Counted from the first letter of the whole stretch, positions 37,347 to 49,157 are shown. The stretch: DNA of 63,142 nucleotides, filler included, from Octopus bimaculoides (GCF_001194135.2; 6 parts of 6 records of this genome joined end to end with filler, not necessarily neighbours in it); one strand, 5' to 3'. Notes: a model not told the origin generated them from the sequence alone. Program-made: numbers and translations.

Positions 37347-40300
37347 TTGAAGCCTATTTCTATGTTAACAATGTCTGCCAAACACACATGCCAGCTTTCT
37401 TTCCAGATGCATAATGCTGCTGTCCCTCATCCCAGGGTCTCGCCAGCACACACCTCCCACACCCTCAGTGTTGGCACATTGAAAGGTAGGTCTGGTGAGA
37501 GTGTTGAGATGCTTGAATGGAGACGTGTAGATCTGTGCTGCATCCAAGAAGTAAGGTGGAGAGGAGTTTCTGCTAGGTTCCTCACAGGTACAAGATTTTC
37601 TGGGTAGGAAACAGTGATGGGGCTGGGGACGTGGGTTTACTTGGGGAGAAATGGGTGGATAAGGTAATTGAAGTAGTCAGAGTCTGTAATAGAATGCTTA
37701 TGCTTAGACTAGTGCTGCAACATGGATTAGCAACCATTATCTCGGCCTATGCCCCTCAGCCAGGGCTACCTGATCAACAGAAAGACTGATTTTATGACAC
37801 TCTCTTGCAGACTACCTCATTGATGAATGACAGGGGCCTTCTCTTTGTGGCTGGCAATTTCAAAGGGCATGTTGGACAACATGCAGGGAGCTTCCATGGG
37901 GTACATGGTGGCTATGGTTTTGGTTCATGCAATGAGGAGGGAAACAGGCTACTGGGGTTCTGTGATGCAAATGATCTTATGATCTGTAATACTAACTTCA
38001 GGAAACCTGCCAGTCACCTGTTCACCTACCAGTTTGGTGGGTACACTTGTCAGATTGACTACATCCTCGCCAGGAAAAGGGGAAAATGGCCACTTACAAG
38101 AGCCAAAACTTTCCCAGGCGAAGAATGCCCCCCACAACATAGGTTAGTTGTTAGCAACTTGAGGATCAGGATTAATGGCTGCTCAGAAGACAACCAGTGT
38201 GGAAAAGAAGGGTCTGGAAGCTTAGGGATCTTCTGAATGGACAGAGATTTAGATATGCATTACTTGAAGTTTTTGATGAAAAAGGAGGATATAGCATCAC
38301 ATAATGCGGATGACAACTGGAAGTTCCTACGTGACAACTTGTTGAGGGCTACTGACCGGATCTGAGGATGGTGGAAAGTCCCCTCTTGACCTAAGGTGAC
38401 ATGATGGTGGAACAATGTAGTTGACAGGGCTATTAGACAAAAGAAACAGGCTTGGAAGGACTGGAAGAACAGAGGTAGCAGGGAATTGTATCAGACTGCC
38501 AGAAGGGAAGCTAGGAGAAAGGTTTATTTAGCCAGAGGGGAAGGAGATAAGAAACAATTTGCCAATGTTCTGCGTTATGAGGACCAGAGACTCGAGGTAT
38601 TTCGTGTTGCAAGACAGTGTGTGAGAGAGAATCGTAATATCATAGGACAGAAATGTGTCCGCATGGATGATGGCTCACTTGCACTAAACGTGGCTGCAAA
38701 GCGAGAGGTTTGGAGATGCCACTATGAAAGGCTGACTAATAAAGAGAATGAATGGGAGAAAGAGAGTCTGCCAAATGTCGACCCAACTGAAGGACCAGCT
38801 GTCTGAATTGACAGTATCTTGGTAGATAAAGCAATTAAGGGTATGAAGACAGGGAAAGCCCCCAGCCCATCAGGAATCACCACAGATGCTTAAAATTTCT
38901 GGCAGTGTTGGCTATAGCCTAGTCACCTGTACAATCAATCAGGTGATACATGAAGGAGTCATACTCAATGACTGGTGGAGCAGCACCATAGTCAATTGCT
39001 ACAAAGGTAAAGTTGACACTTTAAACACAAACAATTACAGAGGTATCAACTTGTTGGATCAGGTAATGAAGGTCACGGAGAGGGTCATAGCCCAACTAAT
39101 TAGGGAGAGAGTCAGTTTAGATGAGATGCAGTTTGGATTTGTGCCAGGGAAAAGCACTACTGATGCTATATTTCTGGTAAGACAGCCGCGGGAGAAATAC
39201 CTAGCCAAGGATAAACCTCCATACTTGGCTTTTGTAGACATGGAGAAAGCCTTTGAGAGGGTTCCCCGATCCCTTATCTGGTGGTCAATGCAGAAACTAG
39301 GGATAGATGAGTGGTTAGTGAGAGCTGTACAAGCCATGTACAGGGATGCTGTCAGTAAGGTAAGGGTTGGCAACGAGTTTCACCAAGGATCAGTTTTCCG
39401 CCCCCTCTCGTTTATCATAGTCCTCCAGGTAATAGTAGTGGAATTCAAGACAGGTTGCCCCTGGGAGCTCCCCTATGCTGATGACTTTGCTCTTGTAGCT
39501 GAGTCACTACCAGAACTAAGGGAGAAGTTTCAGGTGTGGAAGCAAGGTCTAGAATTGAAGGGCCTTAGAGTCAATCTAGCAAAAACCAAAGTCCTAATAA
39601 GTAGGAAGGTGGACAAAACAAAAACCCCTTCGGGTAGATGGCCCTGCTCGATCTGTAGAAAAGGCGTAGGTAGAAACTCCATAAGATGTACCCAGTGTAA
39701 GCTATAAACACACAAGAGGTGCAGCAATAGCAAAGGAAGATTAACTGGGAAGATAGTTTTTGTGTGTGGCAAATGCACAGGTGCAATAAACACCGAAAAT
39801 GTACAGAAAACAGATTCCATTACATGCCAGGGGAAAAAACTAGAAGTAGATGATAGCTTCAGTTACCTAGATGACCAAGTCAGTAGCAGGGGTGGATGCT
39901 ATGAGAGTGTAGATGTTAGAATAAGAATAGCCTGGGCAAAGTTCAGAGAGCTCCTACTTCTGTTGGTAACAAAGTGCCTCTCGCTCAGAGTGAAAGGCAG
40001 ACTGTATGATGCCTATGTGCGAACAGCCATGCTACACAGAAGTGAAACATAGGCTTGAAAGAAATGAAGCTAGAATGCTCCGCTGGATGTGCAATGTCAA
40101 TGTACATACATGACAGTGTGAGCGCCCTGAGAGAAAAGTTGGACATAAGAAGCATCAGATGTAGTGTGCAAGAGAGATTACTGCATTGGTATGGTCATGT
40201 GTTTCAAATGGATGAGGACAGCTGTATGAGGAAGTTTCACCCACCTACTAACAATGGAGGGAACCTTTGGAAGAGGAAGACCCAGGAAGACATGGGATGT

Positions 40301-40850
40301 GGTGGTGAAGTATGACCTTTGAATGTTGGGCCTCACAGGGACAATGGCAAGCAACCAAAATCTTTGGAGATATGGCGTGCTTGAGAAGACCCGACAAGCC
40401 ATGCGAGATCATGGTGGTGGCCAATGCCAGTGTTGCATAACTGGCCTGTTTAAAAGCACCCTTCAATCATTGGGCAATATGCCATGCTTGTGATGACCTG
40501 TTGAACAGAGTGAGATCGTAGCTGTGGCCAGTGGTAGTGCCACATAACTGGCACTTGTGCTCGAGGCACGTAAAAAACACACCATTCAAGTGTGGCCGAT
40601 GCCAGTGCTGCCTGACCAGCGTGTAAAAAGCACCATTCAGGCATGGCCAATGCCCGTGCCTGACTGGCTCCCATGCCAGTGGCATGTAAAAAGCACCCAC
40701 TACACTCTCAAAGTGGTTGGCATTAGGAAGGGCATCCAGCTATAGAAACCTTGCCAAATCAGATTGGAGCCTGGTGCAGCTTGGCAGTCCTCAGTCAAAC
40801 TGTCCAACCCATGCCAGTATGGAAAGCAGATGTTAAACGATGATGATGAT
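37347..40850 (+). mobile_element. Decayed RTE-clade LINE (APE endonuclease, RT, PHD-like finger), antisense in an SH2B intron
   Basis: APE motifs (VGTLKGR, DLCCIQEVRWRG, SAYAP, NTNFRK, QIDYIL). RT motifs (NYRGINLLD, QFGFVPGKSTTDAIF, FVDMEKAFERV, HQGS, YADD at 39474-39485). Many stops and frameshifts; (GAT)n tail. Confidence 0.95.
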
Positions 40851-41216
40851 ATGTATATTATGTATGTATGTATGTATGTATGTATGTATGTGTGTGTATA
40901 TATATATTATCATCGTTTAACATTCACTTTCCATGCTAGCATGGTTTTTACAGTTGGATGCCCTTCCTAACACCAACCACCCCCATGTGGAACCAGTGCA
41001 AGCGAGGTCAGTTTTGGAACGGTTTCTTATTTATTTATACATATCTAAGTTTGATGAGCAATGCGACACCTGTCCTCACTTCAATTATGTTGAAAGAACA
41101 AAACCTTATTTTTGTACAAAATTGTATAATACCTTTATTATCATGGCTCTAATATACTCTCAAATCCTGTAAAACAAATCTGTGTTTTTTCATCTTACCC
41201 CTCTCTCTCTCTCTAT

Positions 41217-41249
<33 letters not shown>

Positions 41250-41453
41250 CTCTTTCTCTCTCTCTCAAATCAGCATTTGATGTCCAGACTAGAATGTGTT
41301 GGACAGTTTTAGAGGAACTGGCAAGTCAGAAGATTGCACTGAGCTCNNNNNNNNNNNNNNNNNNNNNNNNNNNNNNNNNNNNNNNNNNNNNGGTGTCTGC
41401 TATATATGGCTGTTATATTGTGTGTGGGCAGAATGTGTATGACTATGAGAGAG

Positions 41454-41500
<47 letters not shown>

Positions 41501-41538
41501 GAGGAAGAATAAGAGGAGGAGTTGCAGTGTGAACCTAC

Positions 41539-41741
41539 CTTAGCTCTTCCCTGGAAGTTAAATGTCAACACATACTCTCCCTTTCGTGTCTCACTCTGGC
41601 GCACCAGGAACACTCCGTGACCAATTGGACCTTGCTGCAATACTAACTGCGCTGCATCACGACGCAGTAACATGCCATGGAACCAGGGATAGTCCTGCAG
41701 CACCTGATCAATATGGCGTTCCCCCTCAGGGCCAGAACCAT
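41539..41741 (-). CDS. SH2B: SH2B exon: N-terminal half of the SH2 domain
   Basis: tttctag|...|gtaggt, 203 nt, phase 1 to 0. (D)[67 protein letters not shown] is close to SH2B1/2 YPWFHG...[27 protein letters not shown]. Confidence 0.96.
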
Positions 41742-41854
41742 CTAGAAATAGAAAAGACGTACAAAAATATGAGAAATGAGGAGAAAATAAACAGGGAACA
41801 TTCATTGACAAGTCATGAAGTGTAGTTTGTGTGTCACAACAACAACAGCAATAA

Positions 41855-42062
41855 TTTTAAATTTTGGCACAAGGCCAGCAATTTCTGGAGAGCGGGTAAG
41901 TTGTTTACACCAACCCCAGTGTTAGACTGACAATTTATTGACCCCAAAAGGATAAACAGTAAAGTCAACCTCAGCAGAATCTGAACTCGGAAAGTAAAGA
42001 TGGATGAAATGCCACTAAGCATTTCACCCGACGTGCTAACGATTCTGCCAGCTCGCCACCTT
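41855..42062 (-). mobile_element. SINE family A
   Basis: Family match; a second partial copy follows at 42084-42250. Confidence 0.8.
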
Positions 42063-42297
42063 AATTATAATAATAATAATAATAATCCTTTCTACTATAG
42101 GCACAAGGGCCGAAATTTGGGAGAGAAGACTAGTCGATTACATCGACCCCAGTGTGTAACTGGTACTTATTTCATTGACCCTGAAAGGATGAACGGCTAT
42201 GTTGACCTTGGTGGAATTTGAACTCGGAACATAAAGACAGACAAAATGCTACATTATTTACAATTGACAGATATTTGTCCTCGTCTTGTTTGTTGTT

Positions 42298-42345
42298 AAC
42301 GCAATGTTACAGCTGATATACTCTCCAGCCTTCATCAGGTGTCTT
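42298..42345 (-). ncRNA. Decayed minimal hammerhead-like motif
   Basis: aagacac CTGATGA a ggctg gagagtatat cagct GTAA c att gcgtt. CUGAUGA and helix II are retained; GAAA reads GTAA. Confidence 0.4.
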
Positions 42346-42408
42346 GGGGAAACTTCATACCTGGGTTCTCATTCCTCAGGTATTTTTCGATGTTATTATT
42401 ATCATTAC

Positions 42409-42549
42409 TCAGGTCACTGCCTGGAATCAAACTCAGAATTTTGGGGTTAGTAGCCCAGGCTCTTAACCAGCACGCCATATGCCCGTGGCATAGTGGTTAA
42501 GAGCGCGGGATACTAACCCCAAGATTCTGAGTTTGATTCCAGGCAGTGA

Positions 42550-42554
<5 letters not shown>
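42409..42554. repeat. Palindrome of two inverted tRNA-like modules
   Basis: Right arm GTGGCATAGTGGTTAAGAGCGCGGGATACTAACCCCAAGATTCTGAGTTTGATTCCAGGCAGTGACC has A- and B-box-like motifs; the left arm is its reverse complement. Confidence 0.9.
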
Positions 42555-42596
<42 letters not shown>

Positions 42597-43103
42597 CTTT
42601 TATGTGCATTTTCCCATGCAAGCAAGACATGAGGCAGATCAATATATTATCAAGGCCTCATTTTTACAGCTGGATGCCCTTCCTGTCATCAACTCACACT
42701 TGTTTAGTGAATGATTTGTTGACAGGGGAAATGACAAAATTGTCACTACTTTGTACCTAAGTAATTGTAAACACATCCACACAATGAGGTTTTGCAGAGC
42801 CACCTGAGGATTAGCCTGGGGTTAATAGTGGAAGACACTGGCCCAAGGTGTTGTCCAATGGGATTGAACCCAAAACCCTGTAGTCAGGAAACGCACATCT
42901 TAAACTTCTTAACCACATACATGTGATGTTTATCCCTTTTCCCCTGCTTGACAGACAGTGTTGGTTTGTTTGTCCTTGTCACTTAGCAGTTCAACAAAGA
43001 CGATCAACACAAAGTACACCAGATTTTCAAAAATAAGTCCTGGCGTCGATTTGTTTGACTAAAATCCTTTTGAGGTGGTGCCCTAACAAGCAAAAGATAA
43101 ACA

Positions 43104-43320
43104 TCATCATCGTCATCATCATCATTTAACGTCTGCTTTCCATGCTGGGTATGGGTTGGATGGTTTCACCAGGACTGGTAAGCTGGAAGGCTGCACCAAA
43201 CTCCAGTCTGATTTGGTATGGTTTGTCTACAGCTGGATGCCCTTCTTAATGCCAACCACTCCAAGAGTGTAGTGGGTGCTTTTATGTGCCACTGGCATGG
43301 GTGCCATTTGCGTGACGCAT
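43104..43320 (-). mobile_element. RTE LINE 3' end
   Basis: Family match with (CAT)n tail. Confidence 0.8.
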
Positions 43321-43430
43321 TCAACAAATAACTAATCACAGATTAAAATAAAAGGGGATGATTTAACAACTCAATAAATCACAGTTTGATGGAAAACAAT
43401 GAATACATAAACAAAAAACTGATGTCTATA

Positions 43431-44030
43431 CTGTAATCCCTTGACTATTGCGTGTTATGTTCTAAAACCTCTCGTGATAGGTGAAAATTAATGAAGTAGA
43501 AACAGTTTTGTACTGTGTATTTTTTAAAATTATTTTCCTAATTTGTATATACTCTATTTTTTTACTTGTTTCAGTCATTTGACTGTGGCCATGCTGGAGC
43601 ACCGCTTTTAGTCGAGCAAATCAACCCCAGGACTTATTCGTTGTAAGCCTACTACTTATTCTATCGGTCTCTTTTGCCAAACCGCTAAGCTACGGGGACG
43701 TAAACACACCAGCATCGGTTGTCAAGTGATGTTGGGGGGACAAACACAGACACACACACATATATACGACGGGCTTCTTTCAGTTTCCATCTACCAAATA
43801 CACTCACAAGGCTTTGGTCGGCCTGAGGCTATAGTAGAAGACACTTGCCCAAGGTGCTACGCAGTGGGACTGAACCCAGAACCATGTGGTTGGTAAGCAA
43901 GTTACTTACCACACAGCCACTCCTGTGTCTATATTTATTTTATTATAAATGCAAAACACCACAGAGGAATCAACACAAGCTAAAATAGTGAACCACGATA
44001 GGTGACCCATGACATGATGAGGGATTACTG
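43431..44030. mobile_element. Tc1/pogo-like MITE containing a nested SINE
   Basis: TA|CTGTAATCCCTTGA...TGAGGGATTACTG|TA; internal sequence shared with 36220-36384. Confidence 0.75.
43557..43925 (-). mobile_element. Full-length SINE family C/D with a short internal microsatellite
   Basis: Head CAGGAGTGGCTGTGTGGTAAG...GGGTTCAGTCCCACTGCGTAGC, then (TA)(TG) spacer, then a 3' module ending GACTGAAACAAGTAAAA. Confidence 0.88.
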
Positions 44031-44407
44031 TACACACACACCCCAACATATACACACACTTGTGTAAGGTTACTGGTCTAACGAGGTATCTTGTTGATAG
44101 TTAACAAGATAGGGGATTAATCTGTTACGAATTTAGCAGTTGTCTGCCCTTGGGCAGGTCCTGTGCATGTGAACCTTCTCCAGCACCTGGGAAGGCCTGT
44201 ACCCACCCCATCTACCATTGAGTTATTGGGTTGGTGCAGGCAGAAGAGTGGCAGAACAGTTGCGGCATTAGCAGAGATGCTTCATGGTATATCTTCCTCT
44301 TCTCCGTGTTCTGAGTTCAAATCCCACCTGCCTGGAGAAGGCAACGGGGAAATCATTCCATTATTCATCCCAAGTGTAGTCAAGGCAACAAAAGTTCCAA
44401 TAATCTA

Positions 44408-44585
44408 TTGGGTTGCTGCATAATTATTGCGGCTTTTTTTCGACAAATTTTATTAAAAAAAAAAACAATAACAACATGTAACAAAAACATCTTTAAATGG
44501 TTATTCTGGAGCATATTCACCATCTACTTCAATTACTGCTTCCCATTTGCTTGGCAGACGATCAGACCGTCCTCGAAGCGTTTTA
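44408..44585 (-). mobile_element. Mariner 3' end fragment
   Basis: TA|TTGGGTTGCTGCATAATTATTGCGG TIR; minus strand encodes RLPSKWEAVIEVDGEYAPE*, like the mariner C-terminal LPxRWxxVIxxDGxY. Confidence 0.75.
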
Positions 44586-44884
44586 CATAAGTGATGATAT
44601 GAGAAACAGGTCTGTACAGTAAATAGGGCCCAACATCTCACGCACACACAGAGAAGAAAAACCTTATCTCCTTCAAAGATGAAGGAGATCAGAAATCCAA
44701 AAGAGGCTAGAGATAAGTTTGAGATAATTGAAGCTGACAAGCAAATAGTTTTGTTTCTCACATTTAGAGTTTGGGTTAAAAAGAGAAAAAAAACTCTGCT
44801 TTCATTAATTCAATAACTCATTTGATAGTCTATAGAATTAATTAAAGTGTAGTGTTTCTTTGCTAATACATTAAATCTGTTATG

Positions 44885-45142
44885 TTGTGTCTGGGAAGAG
44901 ACATATTCTCTTAGTGCCTTAATATCTAACACACTCACTGGTTTGATTTCTACTCGTTTATTTTCATTGCTTTTTGCAACCTTGTCAATGGATGTTGACT
45001 CTGAGAGCTAACATCCATTGACAAGGTTGCAAAAAGCAACGAAAATTTTGGAAGGAAATAAAAAAAAGATAATAAATGAGTGGAAATCGAACCAGTGAGT
45101 GTGTTAGATATTCAGGCATTAAGACAGACTCTCCAGACACAA
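44885..45142. repeat. 258-bp foldback palindrome with a perfect 30-bp inner stem
   Basis: 44967-44996 is the exact reverse complement of 45010-45039, with a 13-nt loop; the outer arms are also complementary. Confidence 0.92.
45014..45052 (+). ncRNA. Minimal hammerhead-like motif with a U3-A8 variant core
   Basis: tcca TTGACAA g gttgc aaaaa gcaac GAAA a ttt tgga. Helix I (4 bp) and helix II (5 bp) are perfect. Confidence 0.5.
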
Positions 45143-45367
45143 TACACACGCACACAAATCATATAACAAAAGAAAACCTGCAGTACTCAGAGTTTCCTAG
45201 CAAGCTACAGGTATGAAGTCAGCTATGCATAGATTACAATTTGGTAATTGGGTTAACTTTTAATTACGCACACGTACCACACAAATGTCTCTAAATTGAA
45301 AATATCTCACAAAAAGTTTTTGGTTTCAAATAGAAAATGAAGACAGAAGCTGGAGAAAGATACTAAC

Positions 45368-45568
45368 CAAGAGAAGCTTCAAATCTGGCTGATGCTCCCA
45401 CATGGTCGGGGTAGGAAGGTGAAAAGTGTGTCGATGGTGAACCGATGTGAGCCATGGCACTAACAGGACGCTGACCTGTGTTGCCGTGGCGAGAGGGACG
45501 CAGGTCAACTGCTGCTTGACCGTGTCCACTTACAATGGTTCCGTGAACTGAATTTCGCTGTCGGAGGT
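45368..45568 (-). CDS. SH2B: SH2B exon: linker upstream of the SH2 domain
   Basis: ttgcag|...|gttagt, 201 nt, open, phase 1 to 1, splices in frame to 41741 (EASL-D-GSG). LRQRNSVHGTIVSGHGQAAVDLRPSRHG...SARFEASL. Assigned by frame, strand and position rather than a recognised motif. Confidence 0.7.
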
Positions 45569-45998
45569 CTGCAAATCATTGAGCACCAATGAAAATCATT
45601 GCAATAAATAACGGATTGACTTGTTTAAGAGTTCATTCCATTAAAACAGGTCAGTAGCAACCACAGCAACAGCATTCAGTGCAAGAACCAGGAATGGTTT
45701 AGTTTGTTAGTAGTAATAAAGGGTGGTTGCATACAGGCTAGGGGGTCAAGGGTCGATTACTAAGAAACAGGGATAGGCTGAACAATAATAGCCTCTCAAA
45801 CAGTAGGAATTGGAGGGAGAGGAAGGGACTAAACAAGAAAACATAGTCTAGAGCCCAAAAGGATTTTATAGACTGGATTGGTGCTAAAGGGTTTCCTGGA
45901 GATTTTGTAGAATCACTATTTAGTTTGGAGGGTTGCAGATGAATGTTTGATGGGGTTGTGGTAGAATTAGGGAGTTGCAAAGAAGGGAAAGTCAAAAG

Positions 45999-46148
45999 TA
46001 ATGGTTCTCAACCATTTTAATATGGATATTAAAATGGATTTTTATTTTTTGTTTAGGGGTCCCCACATCAAAAGTAAAATTTATATTTATCGAAGGAAGA
46101 CCACCAGGGGCTGAATGTAGTTTTGGGATCTGCAGTTGAGAGCCGCTG
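45999..46148. mobile_element. Old hAT-type MITE
   Basis: TIRs (T)AATGGTTCTCAAC / CAGCGGCTCTCAAC; degenerate 8-bp TSD GTCAAAAG / GTCTATAG. Confidence 0.5.
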
Positions 46149-47344
46149 GTCTATAGCCTCAGTGAAAGCCTTTTCCTTTGTGAAACAGGGAAGTTTGGAT
46201 GGCAAGACAGTGAACTAAGATGGGGTTTCAACTGATGGGAGAAAGGTAGACACGAGAGGTGTAGCTGTGAAATAAATTAATTTCTAAAATACAAACATCT
46301 TGATGACTTGGAAACATTTTGGATTACAGAGAAGAAATAAGTGTTTGGGAGATCGAAATTATTAACATCATTGCTTAAAATCCGTTTTCCATGCTGGCAT
46401 GAGTTGGACGATCCGACAGGGTCTGATGAGCTATATAGCTGCATCAGGCTCCAATGTCAGCCTTGGTATGCTCTCTATACTTAGATGCTCTTTGCTAACA
46501 TCAACCACATCACAGTGTACTGGGGGCTTTCTTTTTTTTTTTTTTTATGTCACTGGCTTTGCTGAGGTCACCAAGTAACTTGGTAAGCAAAGAAAGGAAG
46601 AAGAAACACTCCCTCGACTAATTTGGAGTGTGCTTGAGGGACGAGGGGATGGCTCTATGTCAGGTTTTGAAGGCTAAAGTATGACAGAGAGACAAACGCA
46701 GGTGTCTTGTTACAGAGGAAGACAGATGGTTACCCCACATCATGTGAGGATGGATGAGGGTAGCTGGAAGGGAGTTATTGTAATAATTAGCTAAGTGGGA
46801 AGTAGAAAATAAGCAGAAAGATTGATTAAGCCTTTAATATGGGATCTTCAAGATTGTGATGGTGTTGATATGCTTTGGTTAATATGCAATGACTGGGCCC
46901 TTGTTTGGTACGTGTTTGACACCTTGGTCTCTTTTAAAGGGTCAGTTTATATTTGATGGGATTGAAAAATCTGGTGGTGGTGGTCATTAATGGTGTGACT
47001 TGCATAAACACAGACTGTTGTAGCATTGATAACAGAGACGTGAGAAGCAAAGGCAACCATTGAAGATAATTTGGTGTGTTTGTGACGAGCGATTTGTCTC
47101 TAAGACAGTGGGGGGGAGTATGTGGGGAGGGAGAGAAAACACAGATTGGGGGACATGAAAAGCAAATCATTTGAATGTTAGTAACCACATTGGGTTAGAC
47201 ATGCCTTTAACAACCAAAAACAAACTAATTAGTTAATTACCCATAACAGTAAAATCATATTCAATTAAAAACATACAAATCCACTCTCAAAAAAAAAAAA
47301 AAAACACAACAGAAAATAATCAACAACAGTTTTAAGCATCAAAT

Positions 47345-47570
47345 AATCCTTTTTACTCAAGACACCAGGACTGAAACTTGGTGGGAGGAGGCAGGTTGAT
47401 TACATCAGCCCCAGTGGCTGACTGCTACTTTATTTTACTGACCCCCTCCCCAACACAATGAAAGGCAAAGTCAACTTTGGTGTAATTTGAACTGTGAATA
47501 TAGAAAGATGGATAAAATGCTTAGCAACATTTTGTCCAATGTACCAATGATTCTGTCGGCTTGCTGTCCT
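47345..47570 (-). mobile_element. SINE family A, diverged
   Basis: Family match. Confidence 0.7.
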
Positions 47571-47578
47571 AGTTTTAA

Positions 47579-47798
47579 CCGTTTAACATTCAGATTAGGC
47601 TGTCAAATTTAATACTGATTAATTCACATTGTTTTGAATTAATCATACATTGTCTCATAGCATTAAGATTTCGGTGATGTGATTACTTATTTTCAGAATG
47701 ACATTGTAAGGTAGGTATCAGAGACCAAATCTGGATGGTTTCGACATAAAACAAGTAGAAGACTTGCGCTGGATATGGCCGGTTTAAATGTTAAAGGG
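47579..47798. mobile_element. piggyBac-like MITE, complete
   Basis: TTAA|CCGTTTAACATT...AATGTTAAAGGG|TTAA. Confidence 0.85.
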
Positions 47799-49157
47799 TT
47801 AAGCATGAAATAATTAAAGATGATTTTATCAGGAGAGAAAACATAAAAAGTAAATACTGTAAGGCTTGTTGCAGGGGGGGNNNNNNNNNNNNNNNNNNNN
47901 NNNNNNNNNNNNNNNNNNNNNNNNNNNNNNNNNNNNNNNNNNNNNNNNNNNNNNNNNNNNNNNNNNNNNNNNNNNNNNNNNNNNNNNNNNNNNNNNNNNN
48001 NNNNNNNNNNNNNNNNNNNNNNNNNNNNNNNNNNNNNNNNNNNNNNNNNNNNNNNNNNNNNNNNNNNNNNNNNNNNNNNNNNNNNNNNNNNNNNNNNNNN
48101 NNNNNNNNNNNNNNNNNNNNNNNNNNNNNNNNNNNNNNNNNNNNNNNNNNNNNNNNNNNNNNNNNNNNNNNNNNNNNNNNNNNNNNNNNNNNNNNNNNNN
48201 NNNNNNNNNNNNNNNNNNNNNNNNNNNNNNNNNNNNNNNNNNNNNNNNNNNNNNNNNNNNNNNNNNNNNNNNNNNNNNNNNNNNNNNNNNNNNNNNNNNN
48301 NNNNNNNNNNNNNNNNNNNNNNNNNNNNNNNNNNNNNNNNNNNNNNNNNNNNNNNNNNNNNNNNNNNNNNNNNNNNNNNNNNNNNNNNNNNNNNNNNNNN
48401 NNNNNNNNNNNNNNNNNNNNNNNNNNNNNNNNNNNNNNNNNNNNNNNNNNNNNNNNNNNNNNNNNNNNNNNNNNNNNNNNNNNNNNNNNNNNNNNNNNNN
48501 NNNNNNNNNNNNNNNNNNNNNNNNNNNNNNNNNNNNNNNNNNNNNNNNNNNNNNNNNNNNNNNNNNNNNNNNNNNNNNNNNNNNNNNNNNNNNNNNNNNN
48601 NNNNNNNNNNNNNNNNNNNNNNNNNNNNNNNNNNNNNNNNNNNNNNNNNNNNNNNNNNNNNNNNNNNNNNNNNNNNNNNNNNNNNNNNNNNNNNNNNNNN
48701 NNNNNNNNNNNNNNNNNNNNNNNNNNNNNNNNNNNNNNNNNNNNNNNNNNNNNNNNNNNNNNNNNNNNNNNNNNNNNNNNNNNNNNNNNNNNNNNNNNNN
48801 NNNNNNNNNNNNNNNNNNNNNNNNNNNNNNNNNNNNTATTTACAATGTTTGACTGAAGTATTGCTCATTACAGACGCAATTTGTAATGGCTTTCCTGAAG
48901 GATAGGCATTGGACCACCAGGGTAGACCCCTTGCTTTTTCTTTCCCTTGTTTTTGGCTTCCACTTACCTGGTGCCAAACACTCCCAGCTTCCTCGCCACA
49001 GGCTTCCATCTTCTCATGAATCTGTCTCTTGACAGATACCTCTTCTCCAGCCTGATCTTACTACTGAGGTGGTAACAAAAAAAGTTAACTAACCCTTGGC
49101 CAGCACACGGCCTCTCCTGCACCTGTGTGTGTTACACATCCAGAAAATATCAATATA

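Noticed and set aside
48960-49070. Strong minus-strand donor (CAG|GTAAGT) upstream of the SH2B exons
   Set aside because: The open frames give no PH-domain-like peptide and there is no convincing acceptor.
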